Notes: generated by a model not told the origin, from the letters alone. A DNA stretch of 64,000 bases from Mobula hypostoma (GCF_963921235.1 NC_086097.1:158350001-158414000), one strand, 5' to 3'. Counted from the stretch's first letter, positions 38,518 through 52,760 are shown. Numbers and translations are program-made.

Positions 38518-39880
38518 TCATGAGGCACATCAAGACCCTGCTGCCCCCCTCACTGGAACCCCTGCAGTTCGCGTACCATCCCAACCGTTCAACAGATGAC
38601 GCTATTGCCATCACCCTCCACCTGGCCCTAACCCACCTTGACAAAAAAGACACGTACGTTCGAATGCTGTTCATAGACATCAGTTCAGTGTTCAACACAA
38701 TCATTCCTCAGAAACTGATTGGAAAGCTGATCCTGCTGGGCCTGAACACCTCGGTCTGCAACTGGATCCTAGGCTTCCTGACTGGGAGTCCTCAGTCAGT
38801 CCAGATTGGAAGCAGCATCTCCAATACCATCACACTAAGCATGGGGGCCCCCCTGGGCTGTGTGCTCAGTCCACTGCTGTTCACTCTGCTGACCCACGAC
38901 TGTGCTGCAACACACAGCTCGAACCACATCATCAGGTTCGCCGATGACACGACCGTGGTGGGTCTCATCAGCAAGAACGATGAGTCAGCATACGGAGAGG
39001 AGGTGCAGCGGCTAATGGACTGGTACAGAGCCAACAACCTGTCTCTGAATCTGAACAAAACAAAAGAGATGGTTGTTGACTTCAGGAGGACACGGGGCGA
39101 CCACTCTCTGCTGAACATCGACAACTTCTCCGTGGAGATCTTTAAGAGCACCAAATTTCTTGGTGTTCACCTGGTGGAGAATTTCACCTAGTCCCTCAAC
39201 ACCAGCAAAGAAAGCCCAGCAGCGTCTCTACTTTCTGCGAAGGCTGAGAAAAGTCCATCTCCCACCCCTCATCCTCACCACATTCTACAAAGGTTGTATT
39301 GACAGCATCCTGAGCAGCTGCATCACTGCCTGGTTTGGAAATTGCACCATCTTGGATCACAAGATTCTGCAGCAGATAGTGAGGTCAGCTGAGAAGATCA
39401 TCGGGGTCTCTCTTCCCGCCATTACAGACATTTACACTACACACTGCATCCGCAAAGCAAACAGCATTATGAAGGACCCCACGCACCTCTCATACAAACT
39501 CTTCTCCCTCCTGTCATCTGGCAAAAGGCACCGAAGCATTCGGGCTCCCATGACCAGACTATGTAACAGTTTTTTCCCCCAAGCCATCAGACTCGTCAAT
39601 ACACAGAGCCTGGACTGACACCAACCTACTGCCCTCTACTGTGCCTATTGTCTTGTTTATTATTTATTGTAATGCCTGCACTGTTTTGTGCACTTGATGC
39701 AGTCCTGGGTAGGTCTGTAGTCTAGTGTAGATTTTGTGTTATTTTTACATAGTTCAGTGTAGTTTTTGTATTGTTTCATGTAGCACCATGGTCCTGAAAA
39801 ACGTCTCGTTTTTATTGTGTACTGTACCAGCAGTTATAGTCGAAATGACAAAAAAAGTGACTTGATTTGACTTGACTTGA
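38518..39880 (+). mobile_element. Rex1/Babar-type LINE, 5'-truncated
   Basis: [52 protein letters not shown]; (GACTT)n tail. Confidence 0.95.
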
Positions 39881-41280
39881 AACAATATCAAGTAATTTTC
39901 AAGTAGTTTTTTTCATTGCCAGTCCGGTTCTCAGTGGGTTAAAAGTATTATCCAGCATGTGGAATGGATGCCTTTATCATATTTAACTTCACTGCAGTGC
40001 ATTCTGATGAAGGGTCTCAGCCCAAAGTGCTACCTTACTTGCTCAGTTCCTCCAGCATGCTCTGTGGGTTGCTCTGGATTTATGGCATCTGCAGAATCTC
40101 TTGTTTATAGCATTTTCATTGTCTTTGAGATGAAGGAAAGTTGTGTCTGTGGATCACAGATGAGTGTTCTGTTCTGTTTCCTCAACCAAAGTGGCTGGGG
40201 TTGCAAGTGTAGTGATTCTGTCTGAAATGTAACTGCTGAAGTGTAAGTGTAATTTCAAGATTAAATTTAATTTGTCAATATTTTGATCATTATAAGTAAA
40301 TGCAGAGTGAGAATTAACCATTCAACCCATTAAGTCCATTCTAGTATGTCTTCATGTATTCTTTGTCTACAGTATTCTTTGATTGTTTCTTTAAAATACA
40401 CTAATAGTGGGTACTGCCACAGCTTCACATGCAGTTTAGTGGGCCAAACCAATAGACTTTTCTAGTCATTCCTCTGAAAAAAGAAAATTAAACAATGTTA
40501 TCCCTCCCTCAATCTCCCTCTTGTGAAATGTCAGCTAATTGTATCTTGTCTGAGTATTCCCATTACTGCAGCTAATGTTTCTTAAATGAGTGGTAAAAAT
40601 TAATTTTGCATAAGACTTGCAGCTATTGGAGGAAGATGTCCTTGATATAACTTAGGTGGATTTGAATGAAATAAATGTTGTAAGCCATTACACTGCTTGG
40701 TTTATTTATTACATAAACTAAATTTCCTTGATGTATCTTTGACCAATTTATTTTGTTCGTGAATACAGATGTGTGGTTGCTTGAAATTCTGTATTTGAGT
40801 GAACAAGTGAAGGCATCTGCCCTTTTGTCACATTAGAAAGACCATGATCATCCAGTTCACACCTGTTCAAAAGGGAGTAAATTTTTAATCTGCCAGCAAA
40901 TGTTCCTTTTAAAATATTCTAGTTCTTGATTATCGAACAGTATTGTTCACTTAGTCCTTACTTCATAACAGATCGTTGATTCCACAAATTTGCCCTTTTG
41001 CTTCTTTGTCCAAATATTAAAGAGAAAAATTATAATTGAAAAGCATAAAAAGTTGACTGCTGTGAAGAATGATGTGTGAGGCAAAAGATTACAGTCTTGT
41101 ACAAATCATGGTCTAATTGTGTAGGCCTACTGTGCACAATTTGATTTAGATGGGGTATGTATTTTGCTAGGGAATTTGAAGCTAATTGCATTATAGTTCG
41201 CCATGAGACATACAGTTACAGTTCTGATCTCAGGAAGCAGATCATTTAACAATAGCCTACTCTTCCACATTTTCAGGCAT

Positions 41281-42761
41281 TCATAGTCATAGTCATAGTC
41301 ATACTTTATTGACCCCGGGGGGAAATTGCTTTTCGTTAGAGTTGCAGCATAAATAATTAAATAGTAATAAAACAATAAATAATTAAATAATAATGTAAAT
41401 TATGCCAGGAAGTAAGTTCAGGACCAGCCTATTGGCTCAGAGAATCTGACCCTCCAAGGGAGGAGTTGTAAAGTTTGTTGGCCACAGGCAGGAATGTCTT
41501 CCTATGATGCTCTGTGTTACATCTCGGTGGAATGAGTCTCTGGATGAATGTACTCCTGTGCCCAACCAGTACATTATGTAGTGGATGGGAGACATTGTCC
41601 AAGATGGCATGCAACTTGGACAGCATCCTCTTTTCAGACACCACCGTGAGAGAGTCCAGTTCCATCCCCACAACAGCACTGGCCTTACGAATGAGTTTGT
41701 TGATTCTGGTGGTGTCTGCCACCCTCAGCCTGCTGCCCCAGCACACAACAGCAAACATGATCGCACTGGCCACCACAGACTCGTAGAACATCCTCAGTAT
41801 CGTCCGACATATGTTAAAGGAACTCAGTCTCCTCAGGAAATAGAGATGGCTCTGACCCTTCTTGTAGACAGCCTCAGTGTTCTTTGACCAGTCCAGTTTA
41901 TTGTCAATTGGTATCCCCAGGTATTTGTAATCCTCCACTATGTCCACACTGACCCCTGGATGGAAACAGGGGTCACCGGTGCCTTAGCTCTCCTCAGGTC
42001 TACCACCAGCTCCTTAGTCTTTTTCACATTAAGCTGCTGATAATTCTGCTCACACCATGTGACAAAGTTTCCTACCGTAGCCCTGTACTCAGCCTCATCA
42101 CCCTTGCTGATGCATCCAACTATGGCAGGGTCATCCGAAAACTTCTGAAGATGACAAGACTCTGTGCAGTAGTTGAAGTCCGAGGTGTAAATGGTGAAGA
42201 GAAAGGGAGACAAGACAGTCCCCTGTGGAGCCCAGTGCTGCTGATCACTCTGTCAGACGCACAGTGTTGCAAGCACACGTACTGTGGTCTGCCTGTCAGG
42301 TAATCAAGAATCCATGATACCAGGAAAGCATCCACCTGCATTGCTGTCAGCTTCTCCCCCAGCAGAGCAGGGCGGATGGTGTTGAATGCACTGGAGAAGT
42401 CAAAAAACATGACCCTCACAGTGCTCGCTGGCTTGTCCAGGTGGGCGTAGACACGGTTCAGCAGGTAGACGATGGCATCCTCAACTCCTAGTCGGGGCTG
42501 GTAGGCGAACTGGAGGGGATCTAAGTGTGGCCTGACCGTAGGCCGGAGCAGCTCCAGAACAAGTCTCTCCAGGGTCTTCATGATGTGGGAGGTCAATACC
42601 ACCGGTCTGTAGTCATTGAGGCCGCTGGGGCGCGGCGTCTTCGGCAGCCGGACAAGGCAGGACATCTTCCACAGCACAGGAACCCTCCGGAGCCTCAGGC
42701 TCAGGTTGAAGACATGGCAAAGTACTCCACATAGCTGAGGGGCACAGGCTTTGAGCACCCT
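41281..42761 (-). mobile_element. Rex1/Babar-type LINE, (TGACTA)n-tailed family
   Basis: LNDYRPVVLTSHIMKTLERL..VMFFDFSSAFNTI..LQKFSDD..YKYLG; (TAGTCA)n at the left end. Confidence 0.95.
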
Positions 42762-44224
42762 GTTACTTTCTCAGATCTTTCTCAGACCTGAAACCTTTCT
42801 TAGTCTTTTAAAGGTGGCCTTCTAGTTCAGATGAAGAACCAAAACCAAGTCGTTAATTTAGTTTTCACTTCTGAATGTAATTTCACTGCTGTGTATTTTC
42901 AGCCATCTACATTTCACTTCTACCTTCTGCCCAGTGTTATGTAGGACATTTGGTTCTAATCATCTCGCAGCAAGGTTTTATATGTTGACATCTTCATCAC
43001 TGACACCACACCTTTTTTCCCAGCAGTTTAATCTGCAGTTCACCATTAAGCAAAGATTTGTCTGTAATTTCCTTCCCTCCCCCACCCCCCAGTAATTCTG
43101 GAGTTGGGCTGAATAATTGTCTATCTGTCTAGAAGACAGGTTCTCAACTACACAGCAGGTGTTTGTCCGTGTATCAAGTTACATCAGTTACAGCCGCTTG
43201 CTATCATTTGTAGATTATATTCTTGAGGACTGCAAAAAGTGGCATTACACTTTTGTAGAATTACTAATGAGGAAGGTTTTGCTAGTTGAATCATTGCACA
43301 ATGTAGTAATGTAATACTATGAAGTCTGCATGAACATATATAGAAGTCCTATTTTAATAATGCTGCGTTTCTACCATGCATGACATACAAATAGCATATC
43401 TAATAGCCTCTTGATAATCCTTGCTCTCTAGTCTGTTTCAGGGGAAAAAAGCCATTGAAATATTTTACTTTTAATCCCAAAAGCAAAACTCACAGCATTT
43501 GTTATGCAAACCACATCTATTCTTTTCTTTTGAGTAGGAGTTAAGTACTTCATCCAGTTGCGATGCCTCTTCTGGATATGCACGTGGTGTGAACATGACA
43601 AGCACAAAGCGCGCTTCACTCACTTCCATTATATTGTATCATAAATGGTCATTTTGATAATTATCTACATGGTTGGTTCTTCAGTATCCAACTTCATACG
43701 CACCATTGCTGAAAGCATTTGAGAGTGAAAAATTGCCTACAGAACTAAAAAGCTGCCTTAAACAGTGTTTCAGAAGGTTCTTTTACCCAAGTTTATGCAT
43801 CATAAATTTACAACTGTGTAGATAGTGAACAAATTTGTTAGTTCAATGATTAACTGTGTAGGTAATGGACAAGATTGTTGTAGTTCAGTGATGTAAATTA
43901 AACTGTTGGCATTCAATCATGTTAAAGTAGTGGGTTTTTTTGTGCAAAGTACACACTTCAAGTTAGCTTGTTTTCTTTTAAGGCAAAAAGACCATTTGGC
44001 ACATCAGAGCTATGCCAGCTCTCAAAGCAATGCCATGTGCTGGGAGGAGGCCAGGTAGCATCTTTAGATGGGAATTAACAGATGACATTTTGGGCTGAGA
44101 CCCTTCATCAGGACTCCCATCCATAGATGCTGATCTCCTCTAGCACGTTGTGCGTATTGCTCTAGATTTCCAGCATCTGCAGTACCTCTAGTGTCAATAC
44201 CATCAATTGCACTCCCCCACGTAT

Positions 44225-44355
44225 TTCCCTTTAACTTATTCTCTGTCACAGAATCAGAGTCGGATTTAATATCACTGACATATGTCATGAAATTGGTTGA
44301 TTTTTATGGCAGCAGTACAGTGCAATACATAAAAAAATGTAAATTACAATGAGAA
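44225..44355 (-). mobile_element. Rex1-type 3' tail fragment
   Basis: CAGAATCAGAGTCGGATTTAATATCACTGACATATGTCATGAAAT matches the tails at 22104 and 32944. Confidence 0.65.
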
Positions 44356-45958
44356 ATATGGTCACTGGGAGAGCATGCAAATTCCACACAATCAGCACTC
44401 CATCACATAATACAAAAGGAGCCGAGAGAGGGATAGTATATGGAGACCTGCACACATAATGGGGTTATAACTATCATGAAAGATGGAATTGGCTGGATAA
44501 TCTTTGCTCTGGGAAAGAAAATAAAAGCTGAGGAAACTAATTGAAGTTATTTGTAAATGTGAAACAAGACCTGGAGGGAAGATGTGGAGTTGTTGGATGT
44601 AGGGTGAATCTACAATTAGAAAGCACAAATGTACAATAGTTGCTACTAATTCTATGTGGAACTTGGGAGAAATATGTTTATCCAGAGAATACCTCAAGTA
44701 TAGGACTTGCTGCTTTATGGGATAGTTGAGATGAATAGCGCAGGCCTAAGTATGAATATATGGATTAGTATGAAACAGTTGGGCTGAATGGCCAGTTTCT
44801 CTACTGTAAATTGTGTGTAATTGTAAAATTTGAAGTTGAATACAACATTCCACCTCATTTTGTATTGAAAATCATCAGGCAGGTTTTGCTGATCTATGGG
44901 ACTTGCATGAACTCTCAGCCAGAGTCACAACATTAATTGTTAACTTTGACGACAATGGAGTATCCATATAAGATACTGTTATTGAGAGCAAATGGCTTAA
45001 CAGCGTAACTACTTTACCTGAACTCATAGTCAGTCTACTGAGCCTCTAGTGGTGCAATGCAGATGTTTGCTTTTGACCAGGATGCTTTTTCTTGGTATTT
45101 ATTGTTACCAATGGCATTCTGTTAGACTGGACATTGCCAGACACATCAGATCACTGCAACAATGAATAATGAAGTTATTGTTTGGTATGTGTTATTGAGG
45201 CAAGAGAATGAAAGTGAGGAAGAGAAGAAATTGATGGAAATAGAGAACCGGGTTTAGAGAAAAAAGGAAAATGGGGCTTGGAAAGAAGGAGAGGTTGACA
45301 ACACCCAATCATTTCCTCCTGAAAAAGCAGACCCTCCATTCAAAACCTACTTCACCACATGAAATACATCGAGAGGCTTTAATAGTTGCAAATATGCATA
45401 TTTTTCTTTGCTTATGAGAAAGCCTATCAAATCTGACTTTTTCTCGGTTAATCCTTTCTTCACAGTATTTATTAACCTTGTGATTAACTAAATATTGAAG
45501 CTATTCTGAAGACTCATCTGGTTATCTTTTCAAATGTTTTTCACCCCAGACTTTCACCCAAATCTAGAACAACTATAAGTAGCAGAGTCTAATTTATCAA
45601 TGATATTGAGACCACATTATTTGCACCTCAATTCCTATTATATAGCTACAACATTTTGTCTCCCAAACTGAGCCTCAAATAGTTTCACCTATTCTAAACT
45701 TGCTATTATGTGTTCATCCACTTTCTCTACCCTCATGTTGCAATAGTCATGGGAGATTTCAAATGTAGGTAGATTGGGAAAATCAGGTTGGTGATGGATC
45801 CCAAGAGGGGAATTTGTAGAATGTGTACAAGATGACTTTTTAGAGCAGCACATGGTTGAGCCCACTAGGGGATCAGTATTCTGAATTGGATAATGTGCAG
45901 TTAACCGAAATTGATTAGAGAGCTTAACGTAAAGGAACACTTTGGAAACAATGATCAT

Positions 45959-46163
45959 CCACGTGGCCAAGTGTTAATGGGGTTCGTCTAGTTATCTCAG
46001 GGTCACTAGTTTGAGCCTCAGCTGTGGCAGCGTGTTTGTGCCCTTGAGCTCTAGTCTGTGCAAGGAGTGGCGCCCCACACAGACTTCCAATTTGTGCCTT
46101 GTAAGGCATGAAAATACCCGACGCAGGCCTCTCATGGTCTGAGTCGACGTTCCCTCCCTCCCC
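45959..46163 (+). mobile_element. tRNA-derived SINE inserted in CR1
   Basis: GTGGCCAAGTG A-box, AGTTTGAGCC B-box-like, CORE-like TGTGCCCTTGAGC, (CCCT)n tail; interrupts CR1 colinearity. Confidence 0.75.
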
Positions 46164-47011
46164 ACACTACAATTTGAAAAGCAGAAGCTATAAAGGCAGA
46201 TGTATTACTATTGTAGAGTAAAGGTAATTACAGAGGAATGAGAGAGGAGCTGTCTAAAATTGATTGGACGGGAACACTAGCAGGTATGATGGCAGATCAA
46301 CAATGGCTGGAATTTCTGTGAGCAATTCAGAAGGCACAGGATAGATACATCTCAAAGAAGAAAAAGAAGTAGTACTCTAAAGGCAGGATAGTGCAACTGT
46401 GGCTGACAAGAGAAGTGAAAGCCACCATAAAAGCCAAAGAGAGGGTATGTAATGAAGCAAAAATTATTGGGAAGTTTTCAAATACCAACAGAAGGCAACT
46501 AAAAATGTCATTAAGATGGAAAGGATGGAATACAAAGATAAACTAGCCAATAATATACTGGAGGATACTAAAAATTTCTTCAGGTATATGAAGTGTAAAA
46601 GGGAGGCAAGAGCGGATATCGGACCGCTGGAATATAATGCTGCAAAGATAACACTGGCATCAAGGACATGGCAGACAAACTGAATGAGTATTTTGCATTA
46701 GTCTTCACTGTGGAAGACACTAGCAGAACGCTGGAAGTTTGAGAGTGTGAGGGGGCAGAAGTGAATGATGTTCCCATTATCAGGGAGAATGTGCTTGGGA
46801 ATCTGAAATGTCTGAAGGTATAAAAGACACCTGAACCAGATGGTCTACACCCCAGGGTCTTGAAAGTGGTGACTGAAGAGATTGTGGAGGCATTAGTAAT
46901 GAATGATATTTCAAGAATCAATGGATTCTGTCATGGTTCTGGAGAATTGGAAAATTGCAAATGGCACTTCACTCTTCAAGAAGGGAGAGAGACAGAAGAA
47001 AGGTAATTATA

Positions 47012-48709
47012 ATAGTCATAGTAGTCATAGTCATACCTTATTGATCCCGGGGGAAATTGGTTTTCGTTACAGTTGCACCATAATAATAAATAGTAATAGA
47101 ACCATAAATAGTTAAATAGTAGTCAGTAAATTATGCCAGTAAATTATGAAATAAGTCCAGGACCAGCCTATTGGCTCAGGGAGTCTGATCCTCCAAGGGA
47201 GGAGTTGTAAGGTTTGATGGCCACAGGCAGGAATGACTTCCTATGACGCTCTGTGCTGCATCTCGGTGGAATGAATCTCTAGCTGAATGTACTCCTGTGC
47301 CCACCCAGTACATTATGTAGTGGATGGGAGACATTGACCAAGATGGCATGCAACTTAGACAGCATCCTCTTGTCAGACACTACCGTCAGAGAGTCCAGTT
47401 CCATCCCCACAACATCACTGGCCTTACGGATGAGTTTGTTGATTCTGTTGGTGTCTGCTACCCTTAGCCTGCTGCCCCAGCACACAACAGCAAACATGAT
47501 AGCACTGGCCACCGCAGACTCGCAGAACATCCTCAGTATCGTCCGGCAAATGTTAAAGGACCTCAGTCTCCTCAGGAAATAGAGACGGCTCTGACCCTTC
47601 TTGTAGACAGCCTCAGTGTTCCTTGACCAGTCCAGTTTATTGTCAATTCGTATCCCCAGGTATTTGCAATCCTCCCCCATGTCCACACTGACCCCCTGGA
47701 TGGAAACAGGGGTCACTGTTACCTTAGCTCTCCTCAGGTCTACCACCAGCTCCTTAGTCTTTTTCACATTAAGCTGCAGATAATTCTGCTCACACCATGT
47801 GACTAAGTTTCCTACCATAGCCCTGTACTCAGTATCATCTCCCTTGCTGATGCATCCAACTGTGGCAGAGTCATCCGAAAACCTTCTGAAGATGACAAGA
47901 CTCTGGGTAGTAGTTGAAGTCCGAGGTGTAAATGGTGAAGAGAGAGGGAGTCAAGACAGTCCCCTGTGGAGCCCCAGTGCTGCTGATCACTCTGTCGGAC
48001 ACACAGTGTTGCAAGCACACGTACTGTGGTCTGCCAGTCAGGTAGTCAAGAATCCATGATACCAAGAAAGCATCCACCTGCATCGCTGTCAGCTTCTCCC
48101 CCAGCAGAGCAGGGCAGATGGTGTTGAACGCACTGGAGAAGTCAAAAAACATGACCCTCACAGTGCTCGCTGGCTTGTCCGGGTGGGCGTAGACATGATT
48201 CAGCAGGTAGACGATGGCATCCTCAACTCCTAGTTGGGGCTGGTAGGCGAACTGGAGGGGATCTAAGTGTGGCCTGACCATAGGCCTGAGCAGCTCCAGA
48301 ACAAGTCTCTCCAGGGTCTTCATGATGTGGGAGGTCAATACCACCGGTCTGTAGTCATTGAGGCCGCTGGGGCACGGCGTCTTCGGCAGCCGGACGAGGC
48401 AGGACATCTTACACAGCACAGGAACCCTCCGGAGCCTCAGGATCAGGTTGAATACATGGCGAAGTACTCCACATAGCTGAGGGGCACAGGCTTTGTGCAC
48501 CCTGGTACTGACATCATCCGGTCCTTCAGCCTTGCTTGGGTTGAGACGTTTCAGCTGTCTTCTCACCTGTTCAGCTGCGAAGCCCACCGTGGTGGTTTCG
48601 TGTGGGGAAGGGGTATAGTCGTGAGAGCAGGGTGGGGGACTGTGAGAAGGGGTAGGAGGGGAGAGTGGAATATGTGTTGGTTGGGGGTCGACAACAGATG
48701 GCTCATGTC
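47012..48709 (-). mobile_element. Rex1/Babar-type LINE, same family as 41281-42761
   Basis: Near-identical RT ORFs (47871-48587, 47279-47818); TAGTCA tail. Confidence 0.95.
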
Positions 48710-50129
48710 AGTTAGTCTGACCTGACTGTTTGGGAAGATAGTTGAATCCATTGTTAAGGATGTGGTTTTGAGATACCTGGAGGCTCATGATAAAATAGGT
48801 CCCAGTCAATATGGTTTCCTCTAGGGGAAATCTTGCCTGACAAATCTAATAGAATTCTTTGAAGAAATAACTAGCAGGATAGACAAAGGAGAATTGGTGG
48901 ATGCTGTGCACTTGGATTTTAAGAAGGCTTTGGCAAGGTACCACTCATGAAGCTGCTTTACAAGTTAAGAACCCATGGTATTACGGGAAAAATACTAGCA
49001 TGGATAGAGGATTGGCTGATTGGCAGGTGGCAAAGGGTGGAAAGAAAGGGAACCATTTCTGGTTGTTGCTGGTGACTAGTGGTTTTTCACAGGGGTCAGT
49101 GTTAGGACTGCTTCTTTTGAGGTTACATATCAGTGATTTGGATGACAAAATTGATGGCTTTGTGACCAGATTGGTGGATGATACAAAGATAGATGGAGGG
49201 GCAGGTAGTGTTGAGGAAGCAGGGAGGCTGCAGATAGACTCAGACCAATTAGGAGAATGGGCAAAGAAGTGACAGATAGAATAGTGTTGGGAAGTGTATG
49301 GTCATGCACGTTGGTAGAGGAAGTGAAAGCATAGACTATTTTCAAAATGGGGAGAAAATTCAAAAATCTGAGCTGCAAAGGGACTTGGGAAGCCTCATGT
49401 GAGATTCCCTAAAGGTTAATTTGCAGTTTGAGTTGGTGCTGAGGAAGGAAAATTCAATGTCAGCGTTCATTTCAAGAGGGCTTGAACTTAAAAGCAATTA
49501 TGTAATGTTGAAGCTTTATGAGGTATTGGTGAGGCCTTATTTAGAGTATTATTTTGGACCCCTTTTCAAAGAACGGATGTGCTGACATTGGAGAAGGTTC
49601 CAAGGAGGTTTGTGAAAATGATTCCAGGATTGAAAGGCTTTTCATGTAAGGAGAGTTTTGCTTTGGGTCTGTACTCACTGGGATTCAGAAGGATGAAGGG
49701 GGATCTCAATGAAACCTTTGGAATGTTGAAAGGCTTCAGTAGAGTGGAAGTGGAGAAGATGTTTCCTATGGTATGGGAGTCTAAGACCAGAGGACACTGC
49801 CTCTGAATAGAGGAACATCCATTTAGTTCAGAGAGGCGGAGGATTTTCTTTTGTCCAAGAAAATGGTGAAGGCAGATGCCGAATACTGAAGACAGATGTT
49901 AATCAGCTGGCTGGAGTGTTTACAAACATCTTCAACCTCTAACTTCAGCTGTCTGGGGTACTTCTTCTTGGATTGAAGCCTGCTCCAAGCAGGCTCCATT
50001 TTTCTCCTCCTTTTAATTATCCAAATCTGTGATTTTGATTAAGCTTTTTGTCTCCTGTCTTAATAATTAAAGCACGAATTTGATTCTAGAAGTGACTTGA
50101 AAAGTTGGTTTCGTAGCAAATCTAGCTCC

Positions 50130-51337
50130 TTAAGAGTGACATGGATCCACTATCAAAACAGGTCAGCAGAGGATCCTATTTGATTGACTCCTCATTCAGC
50201 TCTGGAACACCTAGTCAATGAAGATGCACATATCAAGATGCTCTTCATTGACTACAGCTCAGAATTCAACACTATCATTCTCTAAACACCCCGGCCTCTT
50301 CATCTCCCCGTGTAACTGAATCCTTGATTTCCTTGCTGGCAGAACCCAGGTAGAAAGGATTGGCAACAACATCTCTTCCACTCTCACATCAGCACAGGTG
50401 CACCACAAGGGTGTGTGCTTAGTTCCTTGCTTTACTCACTTCATAGCTATGCTTGTGTGGCTACATACAGCTCCAATGCCATAGTTAAGTTTGCTGACAA
50501 CACCACTGTTGTTGGCCAAATCTAAAGTGATGACGGTGACTCAGCATATAGGAGGGTGATTGAACGTCTAGTTGAGTGACACCAAAACCACAACCGCTCA
50601 GTCAACATCTGCAAAACCTAAGAGATAATTATTGCCTGCAGGAAGAAGGAACTGGAGGTCGCTGAGCCAGTCCTCATTGGGGGATTGCAGAAAAAGAGGG
50701 CCAGTAGGTTTAAATTTGTTGCATTATCATATCAGAGTTTCTGTCCCGGGGTCAGCATGTAAGTGTCATTACAAGGAATGCACTGCCGTGCCTCTACTTT
50801 ACTAGAAGACTGAGTAGATTTAGCACATCACCAAAAACTTTGACAAACTTTGATAGATGCACAGTGGAGAGTATTCCAACTGGTTATATCATTGCTTTAT
50901 ATGAAAACAGCAATGCCCAGGAACAGAAAAAGTAGTGGATGCAGCCCAGTGCATAACAGGCCGAACACTCCCCATCAGTGAACGTATTTACATGGAGCGC
51001 TGCCATAATAAATCAGCATCCATCATCAAAGACCCTTAACATCCAGGTCATTCTGTCTTCTTGCTACTACCATCAGGATAGCTTTACTCAACCTACTCTT
51101 GAACTGATTCTATGATCTACAAATTAACTTTCAAGAACTCTTTACAACTCATGTTCTCAGTGTTATTTTTTATTTGCTCAGTTTGTCATCTTTTGCACAT
51201 TTGTTTGCCAGTCTTAGTTTATGTATAGTTTTTCATAAATTCCTGTAAAAGCTTGCAAGAAAATGAATCTCAAGGGAGTATATGGTAATGTATACAGACT
51301 TTGATAATAAATTTATGTTGAACTTTGAACTTTGAAT
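50130..51337 (+). mobile_element. Older Rex1-type LINE
   Basis: MLFIDYSSEFNTII, STGAPQGCVLS, KFADNTTVVG; (TTTGAAC)n tail. Confidence 0.85.
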
Positions 51338-52188
51338 TACTCTCTGTGTGATTGAGGGCATTCCTGCAAAGCATCATGGCCGGTTTTCTCCTATCAATTA
51401 TAAATAAATGATACGTAACTATTTCCAAACTAATTTTAACTCCAAAAGTCTGTTCCGACAATATGTATCTTCTTTTTTGGACTGCAGAGCAGTAAATGTG
51501 AAACTGTCCATAATTCCTCTGGCATGGAATTTCACAACTCCCACTCTTAGTGTTCAGACTCATCCTGTACACAGTGAAGGATGCTGGCCAGCCCCATATG
51601 TGCATGTGAAAACAAATTCAGAGAATCTACCAAATTGTGAATAGTTTCCTTATCCAGGGGCTGTAACAAGGGTCCGCAATACATCACCAGAAGCTAAGAA
51701 TAGCTCTGAGAACATGGGCCTCAGATTTCTACATCCATTTGAAATAGACTAATGAAATACTCAGTTCTGCCTGTTGATATTGTGGTGAACATGAAGAAAG
51801 AGAATTGGAAGGTTGGCTGGTTTGAAAGTGATCCAGGAAGTGATGGTTTTGTTGAAGTCTGTCCTTTCCTAATAATTGTGCAGAGGGAAGGATTTGCAGG
51901 GGTTGGTATTGATAAGTGAGACCTGATGTTTCTAGCAAGCAAAATGGGTGGTATACAATGTCAAATTGTTTTTTGTTTATTGAACAGTTGAACAGCGAAA
52001 ACTGCAGGTGCTGGAAATGGAAAAAAAAATACTGGAAAAACTCGGCATTTCAAACAGCATCTGCACATCTGTGGGGAGATGAACAGAATGAACACTTGAG
52101 GTTGATGATCTGTCATCAGATGATAGGCCAATGAGATATGGGGCAGGTTTTGATGTGCATCCACTTTTACTGTCACCCTTGCTACTTG

Positions 52189-52760
52189 CTACTTCCTGAG
52201 GAGGCTGAGGTCCTTCAACATCTGCCAGACGATGCTGAGGATGTTCTACAAGTCTGTGGTGGCCAGTGCTATCATGTTTGCTGTTGTGTGCTGGGGCAGC
52301 AGGCTGAGGGTAGCAGACACCAACAGAATCAACAAACTCATTCATAAGGCCAGTGATGTTGTGGGGATGGAACTGGACTCTCTGACAGTGGTGTCTGAAA
52401 AGAGGATGCTGTCTAAGTTGCATGCCATCTTGGACAATGTCTCCCATCCACTACATAATGCACTGGGTGGGCACAGGAGTACATTCAGCCAGAGACTCAT
52501 TCCACCGAGATGCAGCACAGAGCGTCATAGGAAGTCATTCCAGCCTGTGGCCATCAAACTTTACAACTCCTCCCTTGGAGGGTCAGACACCCTGAGCCAA
52601 TAGGCTGGTCCTGGATTTATTTCAAAATTTACTGGCATAATTTGCATATTACTATTTAACTATTTATGGTTCTATTACTATTTATTATTTATGGTGCAAC
52701 TGTAAAGAAAACCAATTTCCCCCTGGGATCAATAAAGTATGACAATGACTATGACTATGA
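52189..52760 (+). mobile_element. Rex1/Babar-type LINE 3' end, third copy of the (TGACTA)n family
   Basis: MLRMFYKSVVASAIMFAVVCWG...SDTLSQ; TATGACAATGACTATGACTATGA tail. Confidence 0.95.

Larger units (their letters stand above)
45735..49870 (+). mobile_element. CR1 LINE ORF2, interrupted by a SINE and a Rex1 LINE
   Basis: Endonuclease (GDF, DH), MIFQESMDS..WKIAN..LFKKG before 47011; resumes at ~48710 with GKSCLTNL, QGSVLG, DDTKI; colinear with 61600-63800. Confidence 0.9.

Noticed and set aside
38436..39191. 251-aa ORF as a functional reverse transcriptase
   Set aside because: 5'-truncated Rex1 with an N-terminus borrowed from the adjacent repeat; premature stop and frameshift.
43812..43893. 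~41-bp imperfect tandem duplication (also a 16-bp direct repeat at 25323/25373)
   Set aside because: Only two units each; ordinary local duplications, not a CRISPR-like array.
45959..46030. tRNA gene
   Set aside because: Decayed SINE head without a complete cloverleaf, continuing into a SINE body and tail.
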